Assembly: GCA_045606105.1 (NCBI GenBank)
Contig: JAZURI010000002.1
Coordinates: 64,001 to 128,000, forward strand
Direction: 5' to 3'
Length of the DNA: 64,000 nucleotides
From: Spirochaetia bacterium
Lineage (GTDB): Bacteria > Spirochaetota > Spirochaetia > CADAEX01
Numbering within the stretch: the first letter of the stretch is position 1; each line of letters begins with the position of its first letter. The notes under the pieces are model-generated. The model saw only the letters and a program-made list of their open reading frames with translations. It was not told where the DNA came from and made no database searches. Shown in pieces: positions 18,172-28,115 of the stretch. The position numbers and the translations under genes were made by a program.

Positions 18172-19122
18172 ATGACCGACAAATTTATCTGTGTCCTTGA
18201 TGACACGCAGCTTATACCCGAACTATGCGGCAGCAATGACCGCAACCTCAAAATCATAGAAGAGCATCTTAATGTTCCCGTATTCTGCCGCGGCAACGAG
18301 ATATTCCTGGAATCGCCCGACAGATCCAAGCAGAAGCTTTTCAGCCATGTCATCGAAAAAATGAGGGATTATGCCAGAAAGGGAATTTCCCCTGACAGCG
18401 ACATGATCACCACCATCTTTACCGAAGCGGAAACACCGGGCTCCGGACCTGAGGAAAGCGGAGACCTCTCCCTTAATGTACCGGGCAGCAGCAGAAGGAT
18501 TTTTCCAAGAAACAGGAACCAGATAAGAATGCTCAGTCTTCTTTCCGAAAAGGATCTTGTATTTGCCGTGGGTCCTGCAGGTACCGGAAAGACATATCTT
18601 GCGGTAGCAAAGGCTTTAAGCGAGATTCTCCATAAAAGGGTAAAGAAGCTGGTGATTACCAGACCTGTGGTGGAGGCAGGAGAAAGCCTGGGATTCCTTC
18701 CGGGAGACCTTGCCCAGAAAATCAGCCCGTATCTCAGACCTCTCTACGATGCCATGGAATCCATACTTTCACCGGAAGCGGTACTGAGACTCCATGAGGC
18801 AGGAGTGATAGAAATTGCTCCTCTTGCATATATGCGTGGACGAAGTCTGTCAAATTGTTATATAATACTGGATGAAGCCCAGAATACCACCCGGGAGCAG
18901 ATGAAGATGTTCCTTACCAGAATAGGGGAGAATTCAAAGGCTGTGATAACGGGAGACATAACCCAGATTGACCTTCCGGCAAAGAAAAGCTCCGGTCTGG
19001 TGGAGGCTCTGGAAATACTGAGGAATATAGAAGATATAGGCTTTGTGGAGTTTGCTTCCGGCGATATCGTCAGAAACAGGCTTGTGAAAAAGATCATTGA
19101 TGCATATGAAAAAACTAAGTGA
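18172..19122 (+). CDS. phoH: PhoH-family ATPase
   Basis: GPAGTGKT, RPVVEAGESLGFLPG, AYMRGR and LDEAQN. Confidence 0.93.
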   Translation: MTDKFICVLDDTQLIPELCGSNDRNLKIIEEHLNVPVFCRGNEIFLESPDRSKQKLFSHVIEKMRDYARKGISPDSDMITTIFTEAETPGSGPEESGDLSLNVPGSSRRIFPRNRNQIRMLSLLSEKDLVFAVGPAGTGKTYLAVAKALSEILHKRVKKLVITRPVVEAGESLGFLPGDLAQKISPYLRPLYDAMESILSPEAVLRLHEAGVIEIAPLAYMRGRSLSNCYIILDEAQNTTREQMKMFLTRIGENSKAVITGDITQIDLPAKKSSGLVEALEILRNIEDIGFVEFASGDIVRNRLVKKIIDAYEKTK

Positions 19123-21310
19123 GATAATCAGGAACTTCAACTACCGCGAACATAAATTTCTCAAGATCACAATCCTTGTTTCCTTTCTGATAAATTTCCT
19201 CTTTATCGTTATTCTGGAAAGCAACAACAACTTTTCCGGCATCAAATCACAGTATCAGGCCGGTACCATAGCCCAGAAGGATATCGTAGCCGATTTTCCG
19301 TTCCAGTACATAGACAGTAAGGCCATGTCCAGGCTCAAGTATGAAGCTGAAAAGAAAACCGTCCCTGTCTACAAGGTCGATAACAGCATCTCCTCGGAAG
19401 TTCTGGAGAATTTCAATGAATTCAGCACCATCATGCAGGATTTCATCTCCGGAAATGTAAATTATGACAACTATTACACCCTTTCAGACAAGATGAAGGG
19501 GCTGGGATACAATTTCAATCCCGATTTCCTGGTTTCCATGGGAAAAAGCCCGGCGGCACTTTCTGTTCTGGAGCAGATAAGGATTATTCTCGAAGATGCC
19601 ATGAATGCCGGAATCATCGGAAACAATTCCCTTTCCTATGACAAGAACGGAACCATCGAGGTATGGAGATGGTACGATTCCGTAAGGGAGAAGGAGGATA
19701 TTGATATCGGTGATATCCTTACAGCCGACAAGCTGGCCTCCTATATCAGGTCCACCTACGGAAAATCCCTGGCTGACGAGGATCTTTCATCAGTTATCTT
19801 CTTTGTCAGTGAGTTTGCGGAGGAAAACCTTTTCTTTGACTACGATGAGACAGAGGCCAAAAAAAATGCCATCCTCGCCAATATCGAGCCGGTTTACAAA
19901 TCCGTATCGGCAGGAGACATCATAGTAAAGAAGGGCTTCCTGATTTCGGAATCTGATATCGAGAAGATCAGAATGCTCAGAAACAGCACAGGCATGAACA
20001 TAGAGAACCTTTTCGGTACATTCCTGTTCCTTCTGCTCATTTATCTTTTCAGCATTATAATTCTTTCCATGATAATGACTTCTTTGGCAAGAAAGCAGAG
20101 CTTTATCTTTCTTTTCATGATATTTGCACAGATACAGTTTGTCCTCATGCTTGTATTCCTGAAGATACCGCCTTATATCAGCACAATGAATGCAGCGCTT
20201 CTTCTTCCTACAGCCGCATTCTCCATGCTCCTTTCAATAGTCTGCAATGTAATGACCGGTACCTTCTTTTCAACTGTTTCCGCGCTTCTGCTTCTCATGC
20301 TTGACGTAAACAGCATACTTCCGCCTCTGTTTGTAGTACTTTCAGGGGTTACGGGCTCATTGGTGGTATACAAGTTCAACAAGAGGATAGATCTTATCAA
20401 ATCAGGTCTTTTCCTGAGTATAATGAACTTCATTTTTGTCCTTGTATTCAATCTTCTGCTTCCGCATACATGGAAAAATTCCCTGTTCCAGTGCATTTTC
20501 GCTTTTATCAACGGATTTGCATCAAGTATTCTCTGTCTCGGTATACTGCCTATACTGGAGCAGATCATGAATGTGCCGACCCTTTCCAGGCTGGCAGAGC
20601 TTTCAGACCTCAATACACCGATTCTTCAGAAAATGCTCCATATGGCATCGGGAACCTTCAACCATTCCATTCTGGTGGGCAACCTGGCAGAGACTGCCTG
20701 TAACGACATCAATGCCAACGGTCTTCTGGCCAGGGTAGGGGGCTACTATCACGATATCGGAAAGATTGACCAGGCAGAATTCTTTATCGAAAACCAGGAA
20801 GCCTACAACAAGCACGATTCCCTTTCACCGAGTATTTCGGTCTCCATCATAAAATCCCATGTGAAGTACGGTGTCGAAAAGGCAAAGGAGCTCAATCTCC
20901 CTCAGGAGGTTATCGATATAATTGCCCATCACCACGGAAACGGTCTTATTTCCTATTTCTACATGGAAGCCATGAAGCTTGAGGACAGGGCAAAGGTTAC
21001 CCCGGCCGCCTATTCCTACAACGACGGAAAACCGAAAAGCAAGGAGGAGGCTGTGGTTCTGCTGGCAGACAACGTGGAGGCTGCGGTAAGGGCTCTCAAG
21101 ACACCTACGGTTGATGATATCGAGAAGCGTGTGGACTCCATCATCAAAAGTAAAATCGAATCTGAACAGCTTTCCGACAGTGACCTTACATTCAGAGACT
21201 TGCAAATTATACGTGATTCCTTTATAAATACATTAAAGGGAATTCATCATTCCAGAATACAATATCCAAAACAGGAAGAGATTAATGAATTATCTGCAGA
21301 TTCAGATTGA
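19106..21310 (+). CDS. 7TM-HD membrane phosphohydrolase (PgpH-like c-di-AMP phosphodiesterase)
   Basis: Extracytoplasmic domain, about 7 TM segments, GTFNHS, YYHDIGK, HHG and LAD. Conserved phoH-pgpH-ybeY context. Confidence 0.85.
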   Translation: MKKLSEIIRNFNYREHKFLKITILVSFLINFLFIVILESNNNFSGIKSQYQAGTIAQKDIVADFPFQYIDSKAMSRLKYEAEKKTVPVYKVDNSISSEVLENFNEFSTIMQDFISGNVNYDNYYTLSDKMKGLGYNFNPDFLVSMGKSPAALSVLEQIRIILEDAMNAGIIGNNSLSYDKNGTIEVWRWYDSVREKEDIDIGDILTADKLASYIRSTYGKSLADEDLSSVIFFVSEFAEENLFFDYDETEAKKNAILANIEPVYKSVSAGDIIVKKGFLISESDIEKIRMLRNSTGMNIENLFGTFLFLLLIYLFSIIILSMIMTSLARKQSFIFLFMIFAQIQFVLMLVFLKIPPYISTMNAALLLPTAAFSMLLSIVCNVMTGTFFSTVSALLLLMLDVNSILPPLFVVLSGVTGSLVVYKFNKRIDLIKSGLFLSIMNFIFVLVFNLLLPHTWKNSLFQCIFAFINGFASSILCLGILPILEQIMNVPTLSRLAELSDLNTPILQKMLHMASGTFNHSILVGNLAETACNDINANGLLARVGGYYHDIGKIDQAEFFIENQEAYNKHDSLSPSISVSIIKSHVKYGVEKAKELNLPQEVIDIIAHHHGNGLISYFYMEAMKLEDRAKVTPAAYSYNDGKPKSKEEAVVLLADNVEAAVRALKTPTVDDIEKRVDSIIKSKIESEQLSDSDLTFRDLQIIRDSFINTLKGIHHSRIQYPKQEEINELSADSD

Positions 21311-21770
21311 AAAGGGAGACCCCCCCTTACAACCCACAGTAGATGGGACGAAAATCAGGAAAACGGTAATAAAGGACTTTATTCTCAAGGTTCTTGATTA
21401 TCTCGGAAAAGACAAATGGGAATTATCCGTTCTTTTCTGCAACGACAGCTTTATACAGGAGCTGAACAGTGCCTACAGAGGCAAGGACGAACCTACAGAT
21501 GTCCTTACATTTGCCCAGGTAGACAGCGATATCCCTTTCCCGGCAAAGAATAACCGGTATTACGCAGGTGATATTGCAATTTCACTTGAAACACTTTCTA
21601 AGAATTCCAAGGCATTCGATGTATCTCCGGACGAAGAGCTTAAAAGGCTTCTTATCCACGGTATCCTCCATCTTGACGGCATGGACCATGAGGATAACGA
21701 ACCGGAAAGAGAAATGCTTGTTCTACAGGAAAAAATACTTCAGGACTTCAAAGGAGTGCAGCTGCTGTGA
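21285..21770 (+). CDS. ybeY: rRNA maturation endoribonuclease YbeY
   Basis: LNSAYRGKDEPTDVLTF and HGILHLDGMDH. Confidence 0.93.
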   Translation: MNYLQIQIEKGDPPLQPTVDGTKIRKTVIKDFILKVLDYLGKDKWELSVLFCNDSFIQELNSAYRGKDEPTDVLTFAQVDSDIPFPAKNNRYYAGDIAISLETLSKNSKAFDVSPDEELKRLLIHGILHLDGMDHEDNEPEREMLVLQEKILQDFKGVQLL

Positions 21771-22555
21771 AAATCTCAGATTTTTTGAATAAAATGTTTC
21801 ACAAATCCGAATTCGACGAGGAAAGCTTCGGCAACCGTGACCTTAACCTCGAAGAAAAGGATATGATAAAAGGAATTGTGGATCTGGCCGAAAAGACAGC
21901 CAAGGATATCATGATTCCCCGCACCGATGTGGTTTTCATCCCTTCAGATGTTTCCAAGGATGAGATTCTCAAGATAATCGTGGAAAGCGGTTTCTCCAGG
22001 TTCCCTGTTTACGAGGAAACCATTGATAATGTAATCGGAATCCTTCACGTGAAGGATGTTCTCATGATGCTTGTAACAGGGCAGGATTTCTCCGTCAAGG
22101 ATCTTCTCAGAAAGCCTTATTTCATTCCGGATACAAAGAAAGTCAATTCACTTTTCCACGAAATCAGAAGAAAGAAATGTCATATTGCCATTATCGTTGA
22201 TGAATACGGCGGAGTGGCAGGAATCATCTGTCTCGAGGATATTCTTGAGGAGATAGTAGGTGAGATCCAGGATGAATTCGATGATGACGAGGAGGATATC
22301 CTTAAGGTAAGTCCTTCCGCTTATATCTGTGACACCAGGGTTTCCATTGATGACCTGAATGAAGAGCTTCATATAAATCTTCCGAATGAGGATTATGATA
22401 CTCTCGGAGGCTTTGTTTTTGAGCTTTTCGGAAAGATTCCGGTAAAATATGAGAAGAAATCCCATGACAATATGAATTTCATCATACAGGATGTGGACGG
22501 AAACAAGATCAAATCGGTCAAGATTGAATTGAACGTAAACAACAAACAAGGTTGA
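21767..22555 (+). CDS. CBS-pair + CorC/HlyC domain protein
   Basis: IMIPRTD, FSRFPVY, VDEYGG, LEDILEEIVGEIQDEFD and DTLGG. Confidence 0.9.
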   Translation: MKISDFLNKMFHKSEFDEESFGNRDLNLEEKDMIKGIVDLAEKTAKDIMIPRTDVVFIPSDVSKDEILKIIVESGFSRFPVYEETIDNVIGILHVKDVLMMLVTGQDFSVKDLLRKPYFIPDTKKVNSLFHEIRRKKCHIAIIVDEYGGVAGIICLEDILEEIVGEIQDEFDDDEEDILKVSPSAYICDTRVSIDDLNEELHINLPNEDYDTLGGFVFELFGKIPVKYEKKSHDNMNFIIQDVDGNKIKSVKIELNVNNKQG

Positions 22556-22580
22556 AATAAATTATTTTTAGGTTCATACT
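22552..22580 (+). promoter_or_regulatory. Leaderless promoter of the pantoate kinase-coaBC operon
   Basis: TTGAAA-17-CATACT-6-ATG (22587); no SD. Confidence 0.6.
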
Positions 22581-22586
22581 GATATT

Positions 22587-23516
22587 ATGTTAAGAAAAGT
22601 CGGCGCATTTGCTCCCGGACATGTTTCGGGACTGTTCTACATGCAGGATAAAAGCAGCAACCCGCTTTACGCAGGCTCCCTGGGAGCCGGTTATTCGCTG
22701 CTTAAGGGTATTACAACAAACATTGAGGTAAAGAAGAGTCAGGATGAATGCGGAATCACCATCAACGGTGTCCACAGCGATGCTCCCGTAAGCCGGAAGG
22801 TCCTGGAACTTTTCTTCAATGAAATCAACGAAAAACCAATTCCTATTGACATAAAACATGTTATAGAAACACCGCAGGGTTCAGGTTTCGGTACCAGCGC
22901 AGGAGGTGCCCTGAGCCTTTCCATGGCACTGAATCATCTTTACGGTGAACCGCTGAACATGATCAATGCCTCCAAGCTGGCCCATGTGGCAGAGGTATGC
23001 TGCAAAACCGGTCTGGGAACCGTAATGGGTGAGTTCTACGGCGGATTCAGAATTCTTACCAAGGTCGGAGCTCCCGGAATAGGAGCCTCCCTTTCCATCC
23101 CTTATCCTGCCGATCTCTATTCCATGTGCGTGGTATTCGGGCCTATTTCCACAAAGGACTCCCTTTCAGACCCTGCAATCAGGGAACGGGTAATGGAGGC
23201 CGGAAAAAAATATCACAACCTTCTGAGTGAAAATCTGGATATAGATCATTTCCTTGAATATTCCAGGGCTTTTACCGAAGATACCATGCTCTATACTCCG
23301 GGAGTGCGTGCAGCTCTCGATTTCTTTACCGAAAGAAAGATAAATGCCAGCATGCTCATGTTCGGAGACGGTATATTTTCCATAATCCCAAAATCCATGC
23401 TGAAGGAAGCGATAAAGACAGCCGAGGATTTCAGCAGCCTCTGCAGCGGCATCAAGCCGGAAATATCCATATCTCGCATCGCAAAGCGCGGTGCCGGAAT
23501 AGTAAGCGAAGACTAA
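22587..23516 (+). CDS. Archaeal-type pantoate kinase-like GHMP kinase (COG1829)
   Basis: AFAPGHVSGLF, GSLGAG, PQGSGFGTS (GHMP loop), AHVAEV...TGLG, GAPG, ISTK and ASMLMFG. Adjacent to coaBC. Confidence 0.85.
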   Translation: MLRKVGAFAPGHVSGLFYMQDKSSNPLYAGSLGAGYSLLKGITTNIEVKKSQDECGITINGVHSDAPVSRKVLELFFNEINEKPIPIDIKHVIETPQGSGFGTSAGGALSLSMALNHLYGEPLNMINASKLAHVAEVCCKTGLGTVMGEFYGGFRILTKVGAPGIGASLSIPYPADLYSMCVVFGPISTKDSLSDPAIRERVMEAGKKYHNLLSENLDIDHFLEYSRAFTEDTMLYTPGVRAALDFFTERKINASMLMFGDGIFSIIPKSMLKEAIKTAEDFSSLCSGIKPEISISRIAKRGAGIVSED

Positions 23517-23526
23517 GGAGAAGCCC

Positions 23527-24795
23527 ATGGCATACGGAATCCATCCTTCATTCGACATAACCGAATCCAGGGATACCACCCTCAGGGGAAAATCCATCAT
23601 TCTCTGTATAACAGGCAGTGTTGCTGCCGTACGGGCATCGGAACTGGCAAGACTTCTCATGAGAAAAGGGGCAAAGGTCTATCCTGTAATGTCTGCCGCC
23701 GCATGTTCCCTTATCGGACCCGACCTTATGGAATGGGCCTGCGGCTTCAAGCCTGTAACCACCCTTACCGGAGCTGTTGAACATGTGGCACTGGCCGGAA
23801 ACGTGGAGGGAAAAGCAGATCTGATTCTTGTGGCTCCATGTACCGCAAATACCATCGGTAAGATTGCAGGTGGAATAGACGACACTCCTGTAACCACAAT
23901 GGTTACCACAGCCCTTGGCGAAAAAATACCTCTTATAGTTGTTCCGGCAATGCACGAGCCGATGTACCGTCATCCATTCGTGATGGAAAACATAGAAAAG
24001 CTCAGAAATGCGGGTATTACCGTAATGCTTCCGAGAGTGGAAGAGGGAAAGGCAAAAATTCCCGACAACGAGCTTATTGCAGATACCGTAGTATCAGTTC
24101 TGTCAAAGGATAAGCCGCTCAAGGGTAAAAAAATACTGATAACAGCAGGAAGGACAGTGGAATATATTGATCCTGTCCGTGTAATAACAAACAACAGCAC
24201 CGGAAAAATGGGTTTTGCCATTGCCGAAGCGGCCCGTGACATGGGAGCCGAGGTTACAGTTGTTTACGGAAAGGGCTCCGTGGATTCGGTTCCTGGTGTA
24301 AAAATCATAAATGTTTCCACAGCTGAGGAAATGAAAAAGGGTGTGGAGCAGGAGCTCAGCTCTTCAGATTATGATATCATGATGGCGGCAGCGGCCGTGG
24401 GAGACTGGCAGCCGGTGGAATCATCAGAAACAAAGCTCTCAACCAGGGAGCATAAAAAACTGATTATGGAGCTTGTTCCCACACCTAAGATCATAGATGG
24501 CATAAAAAGCCGCTATCCTGAGGTATTCCTTGTTGCTTTCAGGGCTCTTCACGACCTTTCAGAGGATGAGCTGCTGGATGACGGCAGAAGAAGAATGGCG
24601 ATAGCTGATGCCGACATGATTGCCATCAATGATGTGTCAAAGGCAGGCCGGGGCTTCGGAACCGACACCAATGAAATGCTGGCAGTAAGCAAGGACGGCG
24701 AAATAAGAAAGCTGGAACTTGCATCAAAATATGAAATCGGAAAAAAACTTCTTAATATAGCTTTGGAGAAAATCAATGCAGGCAAAAATAATTAA
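23527..24795 (+). CDS. coaBC: Phosphopantothenoylcysteine decarboxylase/synthetase CoaBC
   Basis: CITGSVAA, EHV, APCTANTIGKIA, PAMH, TAGRT.EYIDPVRVITN.STGKMG, AAAVGD and GFG.D.NE. Confidence 0.93.
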   Translation: MAYGIHPSFDITESRDTTLRGKSIILCITGSVAAVRASELARLLMRKGAKVYPVMSAAACSLIGPDLMEWACGFKPVTTLTGAVEHVALAGNVEGKADLILVAPCTANTIGKIAGGIDDTPVTTMVTTALGEKIPLIVVPAMHEPMYRHPFVMENIEKLRNAGITVMLPRVEEGKAKIPDNELIADTVVSVLSKDKPLKGKKILITAGRTVEYIDPVRVITNNSTGKMGFAIAEAARDMGAEVTVVYGKGSVDSVPGVKIINVSTAEEMKKGVEQELSSSDYDIMMAAAAVGDWQPVESSETKLSTREHKKLIMELVPTPKIIDGIKSRYPEVFLVAFRALHDLSEDELLDDGRRRMAIADADMIAINDVSKAGRGFGTDTNEMLAVSKDGEIRKLELASKYEIGKKLLNIALEKINAGKNN

Positions 24796-25675
24796 CGGAC
24801 TTGAAATAAGAAAGGCAATCCTTGAGGAAATCAAGGCAGAAACACAGAAAATCAAGGAAGAAAAGGGAGTGGTTCCCGGACTGGTTACAATTCTCGTAGG
24901 TGAAAATCCCGCTTCTGTTTCATATGTCACCCTCAAGGTAAAGACAGCCATAGAAATGGGCTTCAACGAGATTCAGGTAAATCTCCCTGCAGATATTTCC
25001 GAAGAGGCACTTCTGGCAGAGGTTGAAAAATACAATAAGGATGATTCCGTACACGGAATCCTGGTACAGCTTCCTCTTCCCAAGCACATTGATGAAAACA
25101 AGATCATTTATGCGATAGACCCTGACAAGGATGTGGATGGCTTCCATCCCGTAAACATCGGCCGTCTTGTACTGGGAGGAGAACATGTGAAATTCCCTCC
25201 ATGTACCCCTGCCGGAATCGTTGAGCTTCTGGAACGTTCAGGAGTGGAGACCAGCGGTGCGGAGGTGGTTATCGTAGGAAGATCAAACCTTGTGGGCAAG
25301 CCTCTTGCAAACATGCTCTGCAGAAAGGGCAGAAATGCAAATGCAACCGTAACATTGGTACATACCGGAACAAAGGATCTGGCATCCCATTGCCGGAGAG
25401 CCGATATCCTGGTTGCGGCAGCCGGTTGTCCGGACCTTATCAAGCCTGAATGGGTAAAGCCGGGAGCCTGTGTCATCGATGTTGGTGTAAACCGTGTAGG
25501 TGAAAAAATCAGCGAAAAGACAGGAAAGAAGGTGGCAATCCTGAAGGGAGATACCGATTTCGAGGCTATTTCCAAAATTGCAGGCAGTATTACCCCGGTA
25601 CCGGGAGGAGTAGGCCCGATGACTATTGCCATGCTTATGCAGAATACACTCAATTCCCTGAAATTCAGGATCTGA
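24776..25675 (+). CDS. folD: Methylenetetrahydrofolate dehydrogenase/cyclohydrolase
   Basis: YVTLK, GILVQLPLP, KDVDGFH, PCTP, GRSNLVGKP and TPVPGGVGPMT. Confidence 0.96.
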   Translation: MQAKIINGLEIRKAILEEIKAETQKIKEEKGVVPGLVTILVGENPASVSYVTLKVKTAIEMGFNEIQVNLPADISEEALLAEVEKYNKDDSVHGILVQLPLPKHIDENKIIYAIDPDKDVDGFHPVNIGRLVLGGEHVKFPPCTPAGIVELLERSGVETSGAEVVIVGRSNLVGKPLANMLCRKGRNANATVTLVHTGTKDLASHCRRADILVAAAGCPDLIKPEWVKPGACVIDVGVNRVGEKISEKTGKKVAILKGDTDFEAISKIAGSITPVPGGVGPMTIAMLMQNTLNSLKFRI

Positions 25676-25687
25676 CCGGAGTTAAAA

Positions 25688-26770
25688 ATGGAAAACAACA
25701 TTGAATTAAGCGCTACATACGAAGCCTCTCTTGAGAGAAGCAGAAACATAGAAAAGGATATCCTTCTCAACCCTCAGAAATACAGGGTTCTTACAGGAGA
25801 CAGACCTACAGGACGACTTCATATCGGCCATTACTTCGGCTCTCTCCAGAACAGGGTAAGACTGGCAGACCTGGGTGTACCAACCTGTATCCTTATTGCC
25901 GATTATCAGGTTCTTACCGATCATGAGGCCTTTTCCGAAATTTCCCAGAATACAAAGCAGCTTGTAATTGATTATCTGGCTGCGGGAATCAAACCAAGCG
26001 ACAAGGTAATCATCTATCCTCACAGCTACATTCCGGAAGCAAACCAGCTTATGCTCCCGTTCCTTACATTGGTTTCCAGCGCAGAGCTTGAAAGAAACCC
26101 TACCGTAAAGGAAGAAATAACAAAATCAGAGCTTTCCTCAGTCAATGCGGGAATGCTTACATACCCGATTCATCAGGCCTGCGACATCCTCTTCTGTAAG
26201 GGAAATGTTGTTCCTGTAGGAAAGGACCAGCTTCCTCACATCGAGCTTACACAGAAGATAGCCAGAAGATTCAACAAGAAGTTCTGTAAGAATTCAGAGC
26301 CTATTTTCCCGATTCCGAATGCACTTCTCAGCAAGACACCGAGCATTCTCGGTCTGGACGGAAGCCAGAAAATGAGCAAGAGCCGTGGAAATGCAATCAT
26401 GCTCTGTGCCACAGAGGACGAGACAGCTTCTCTCATCAAGAAAGCAAAGACCGATACAGAAAGAAACATCACCTACGATCCTGTAAACAGACCTGAAGTT
26501 GCAAACCTTCTCATGCTCATATCACTCTGTACCGGAGAAGAGCCTGCGGATATAGCAGCAAGAATCGGAGAAGGGGGAGGCGGACTCCTTAAGAGAACCC
26601 TTACAGAGGCACTCAACGAAAAGCTCAGACCTCTCAGAACAGAAAGAAAGAAGCTTGAAGCTGCACCGGATTACATCTGTCAGGTACTCCATGACGGAGC
26701 AGCCAGAGCCAGGGAAATGGCTGTGGAAACCCTTACACAGGTTCGCCGTGCAATGAATATGGAAATCTGA
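25688..26770 (+). CDS. trpS: Tryptophan--tRNA ligase
   Basis: TGDRPTG, HIGH, YP..QACDIL, VPVGKDQ and KMSKS. Confidence 0.95.
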   Translation: MENNIELSATYEASLERSRNIEKDILLNPQKYRVLTGDRPTGRLHIGHYFGSLQNRVRLADLGVPTCILIADYQVLTDHEAFSEISQNTKQLVIDYLAAGIKPSDKVIIYPHSYIPEANQLMLPFLTLVSSAELERNPTVKEEITKSELSSVNAGMLTYPIHQACDILFCKGNVVPVGKDQLPHIELTQKIARRFNKKFCKNSEPIFPIPNALLSKTPSILGLDGSQKMSKSRGNAIMLCATEDETASLIKKAKTDTERNITYDPVNRPEVANLLMLISLCTGEEPADIAARIGEGGGGLLKRTLTEALNEKLRPLRTERKKLEAAPDYICQVLHDGAARAREMAVETLTQVRRAMNMEI

Positions 26771-26777
26771 CAATAAA

Positions 26778-28115
26778 ATGAGACTCGGAAAAAAAATCAT
26801 AATTCTCGGTCTCATTTTGTTTCTTATGCCGGTTTTTTCTCCCTTTTGTCAGGAGGAGAAGCATGTTAACAGGGCCGTAACCGAGGCTCTTTCCTCCAAT
26901 GTTCTCCTGTGGGGCTTCAACCGGTTTGTCACCGACCAGGAATATGCCAGGATCTCACCTGAATCCATGTGGGAAAACCTTTCAGGGGAATGGGTGTGGG
27001 ACCAGGATGAATATACCGTAAACCAGATAGGACATCCGTATCAGGGCTCTCTCTATTTTACCGCAGGAAGGGCCAACAACCTTGATTTCTGGGAATCCTC
27101 AGCTCTTACTGCCGGGGGAAGCATAATCTGGGAATACCTGATGGAAACGGAAACTCCATCCAAGAACGACCTGATCATTACAGTCATGGGAGGAGCCTCC
27201 GTAGGGGAGATGCTGCACAGGCTTTATGAAAAATCCTTTTGGTCAAAATCCCTCTGGCTCTCTTTTTTCATCAGCCCAATGGATGCTGTAAACTATGTTA
27301 TAACTGACAAAAAGCCTGACAACACCGAACACATTCCATTGGAAACCGAAACTCTTTTCTACTTCGGAAGCATATCGGCCGATACAGGCAACCTACAACA
27401 TACCATAGGCACGGGAATCAATATAGTTTACGGAAAACCCTTCGGGCTTGAAAGCAAGGTTCCTTTTGAGCATTTTGAGCTGAATCTGGATGCCTCTTTT
27501 TCAGGAGATGCGTATTATTGGATATCTTTCTTTTCCGACGGCTTGATCAGATCCTGGGCCCCCTGCGAAGACCTTAATTCCGCCACAACCTTGGGTATCG
27601 GGCTTCATTACGACTTTATCTATTCAAAGGACATAAATTATTCGGCCAATTCACTGGGATTCACCCTGAAAAGGAGAAATTTCCTGGATCACGATTTTAT
27701 TTTCGACATAAGAATGCATCTGAACTGGCTTGTTCTGGGCTGCAGCGAATACCCTTATTTCATTAACGGCGATATTCCCAGACCGGCACACCTTGATGAA
27801 CGCAGGGATTACGATATGGGCACCGGAGAAAACATCAAATTAAGCCTGGAGCTTTCTCACGACAAATTCGGCACCCTTTCCCTTTTCGGCAATGCCAGCG
27901 GAATCCATACCATAGGAAATGCAGTTCCGGAAGAGGGCTCTGACGGATTCATATTTGTGGGAACAGCCGGTTTTTCTTACGAAAGGAAATTCAAAAGCAA
28001 ATACAGGGTAGGCCTCAGGGACAATTTTTACTTCAAGCATGGCATATATGACAGTGCTTCAGATTCAGAGAACTGCCTGAATCATTTCAGCATCTATTTC
28101 AAAGTACATTCCTGA
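26778..28115 (+). CDS. Exported DUF3943-type protein, probable outer-membrane protein
   Basis: Signal peptide; WVWDQD...NQIGHPYQG, WEYLMETETPS.NDL and GEMLHR. Beta-rich C-terminus. Confidence 0.7.
   Translation: MRLGKKIIILGLILFLMPVFSPFCQEEKHVNRAVTEALSSNVLLWGFNRFVTDQEYARISPESMWENLSGEWVWDQDEYTVNQIGHPYQGSLYFTAGRANNLDFWESSALTAGGSIIWEYLMETETPSKNDLIITVMGGASVGEMLHRLYEKSFWSKSLWLSFFISPMDAVNYVITDKKPDNTEHIPLETETLFYFGSISADTGNLQHTIGTGINIVYGKPFGLESKVPFEHFELNLDASFSGDAYYWISFFSDGLIRSWAPCEDLNSATTLGIGLHYDFIYSKDINYSANSLGFTLKRRNFLDHDFIFDIRMHLNWLVLGCSEYPYFINGDIPRPAHLDERRDYDMGTGENIKLSLELSHDKFGTLSLFGNASGIHTIGNAVPEEGSDGFIFVGTAGFSYERKFKSKYRVGLRDNFYFKHGIYDSASDSENCLNHFSIYFKVHS

Noticed and set aside
25676-25687. T-box or attenuator before trpS
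   Set aside because: The intergenic gap is only 12 nt.
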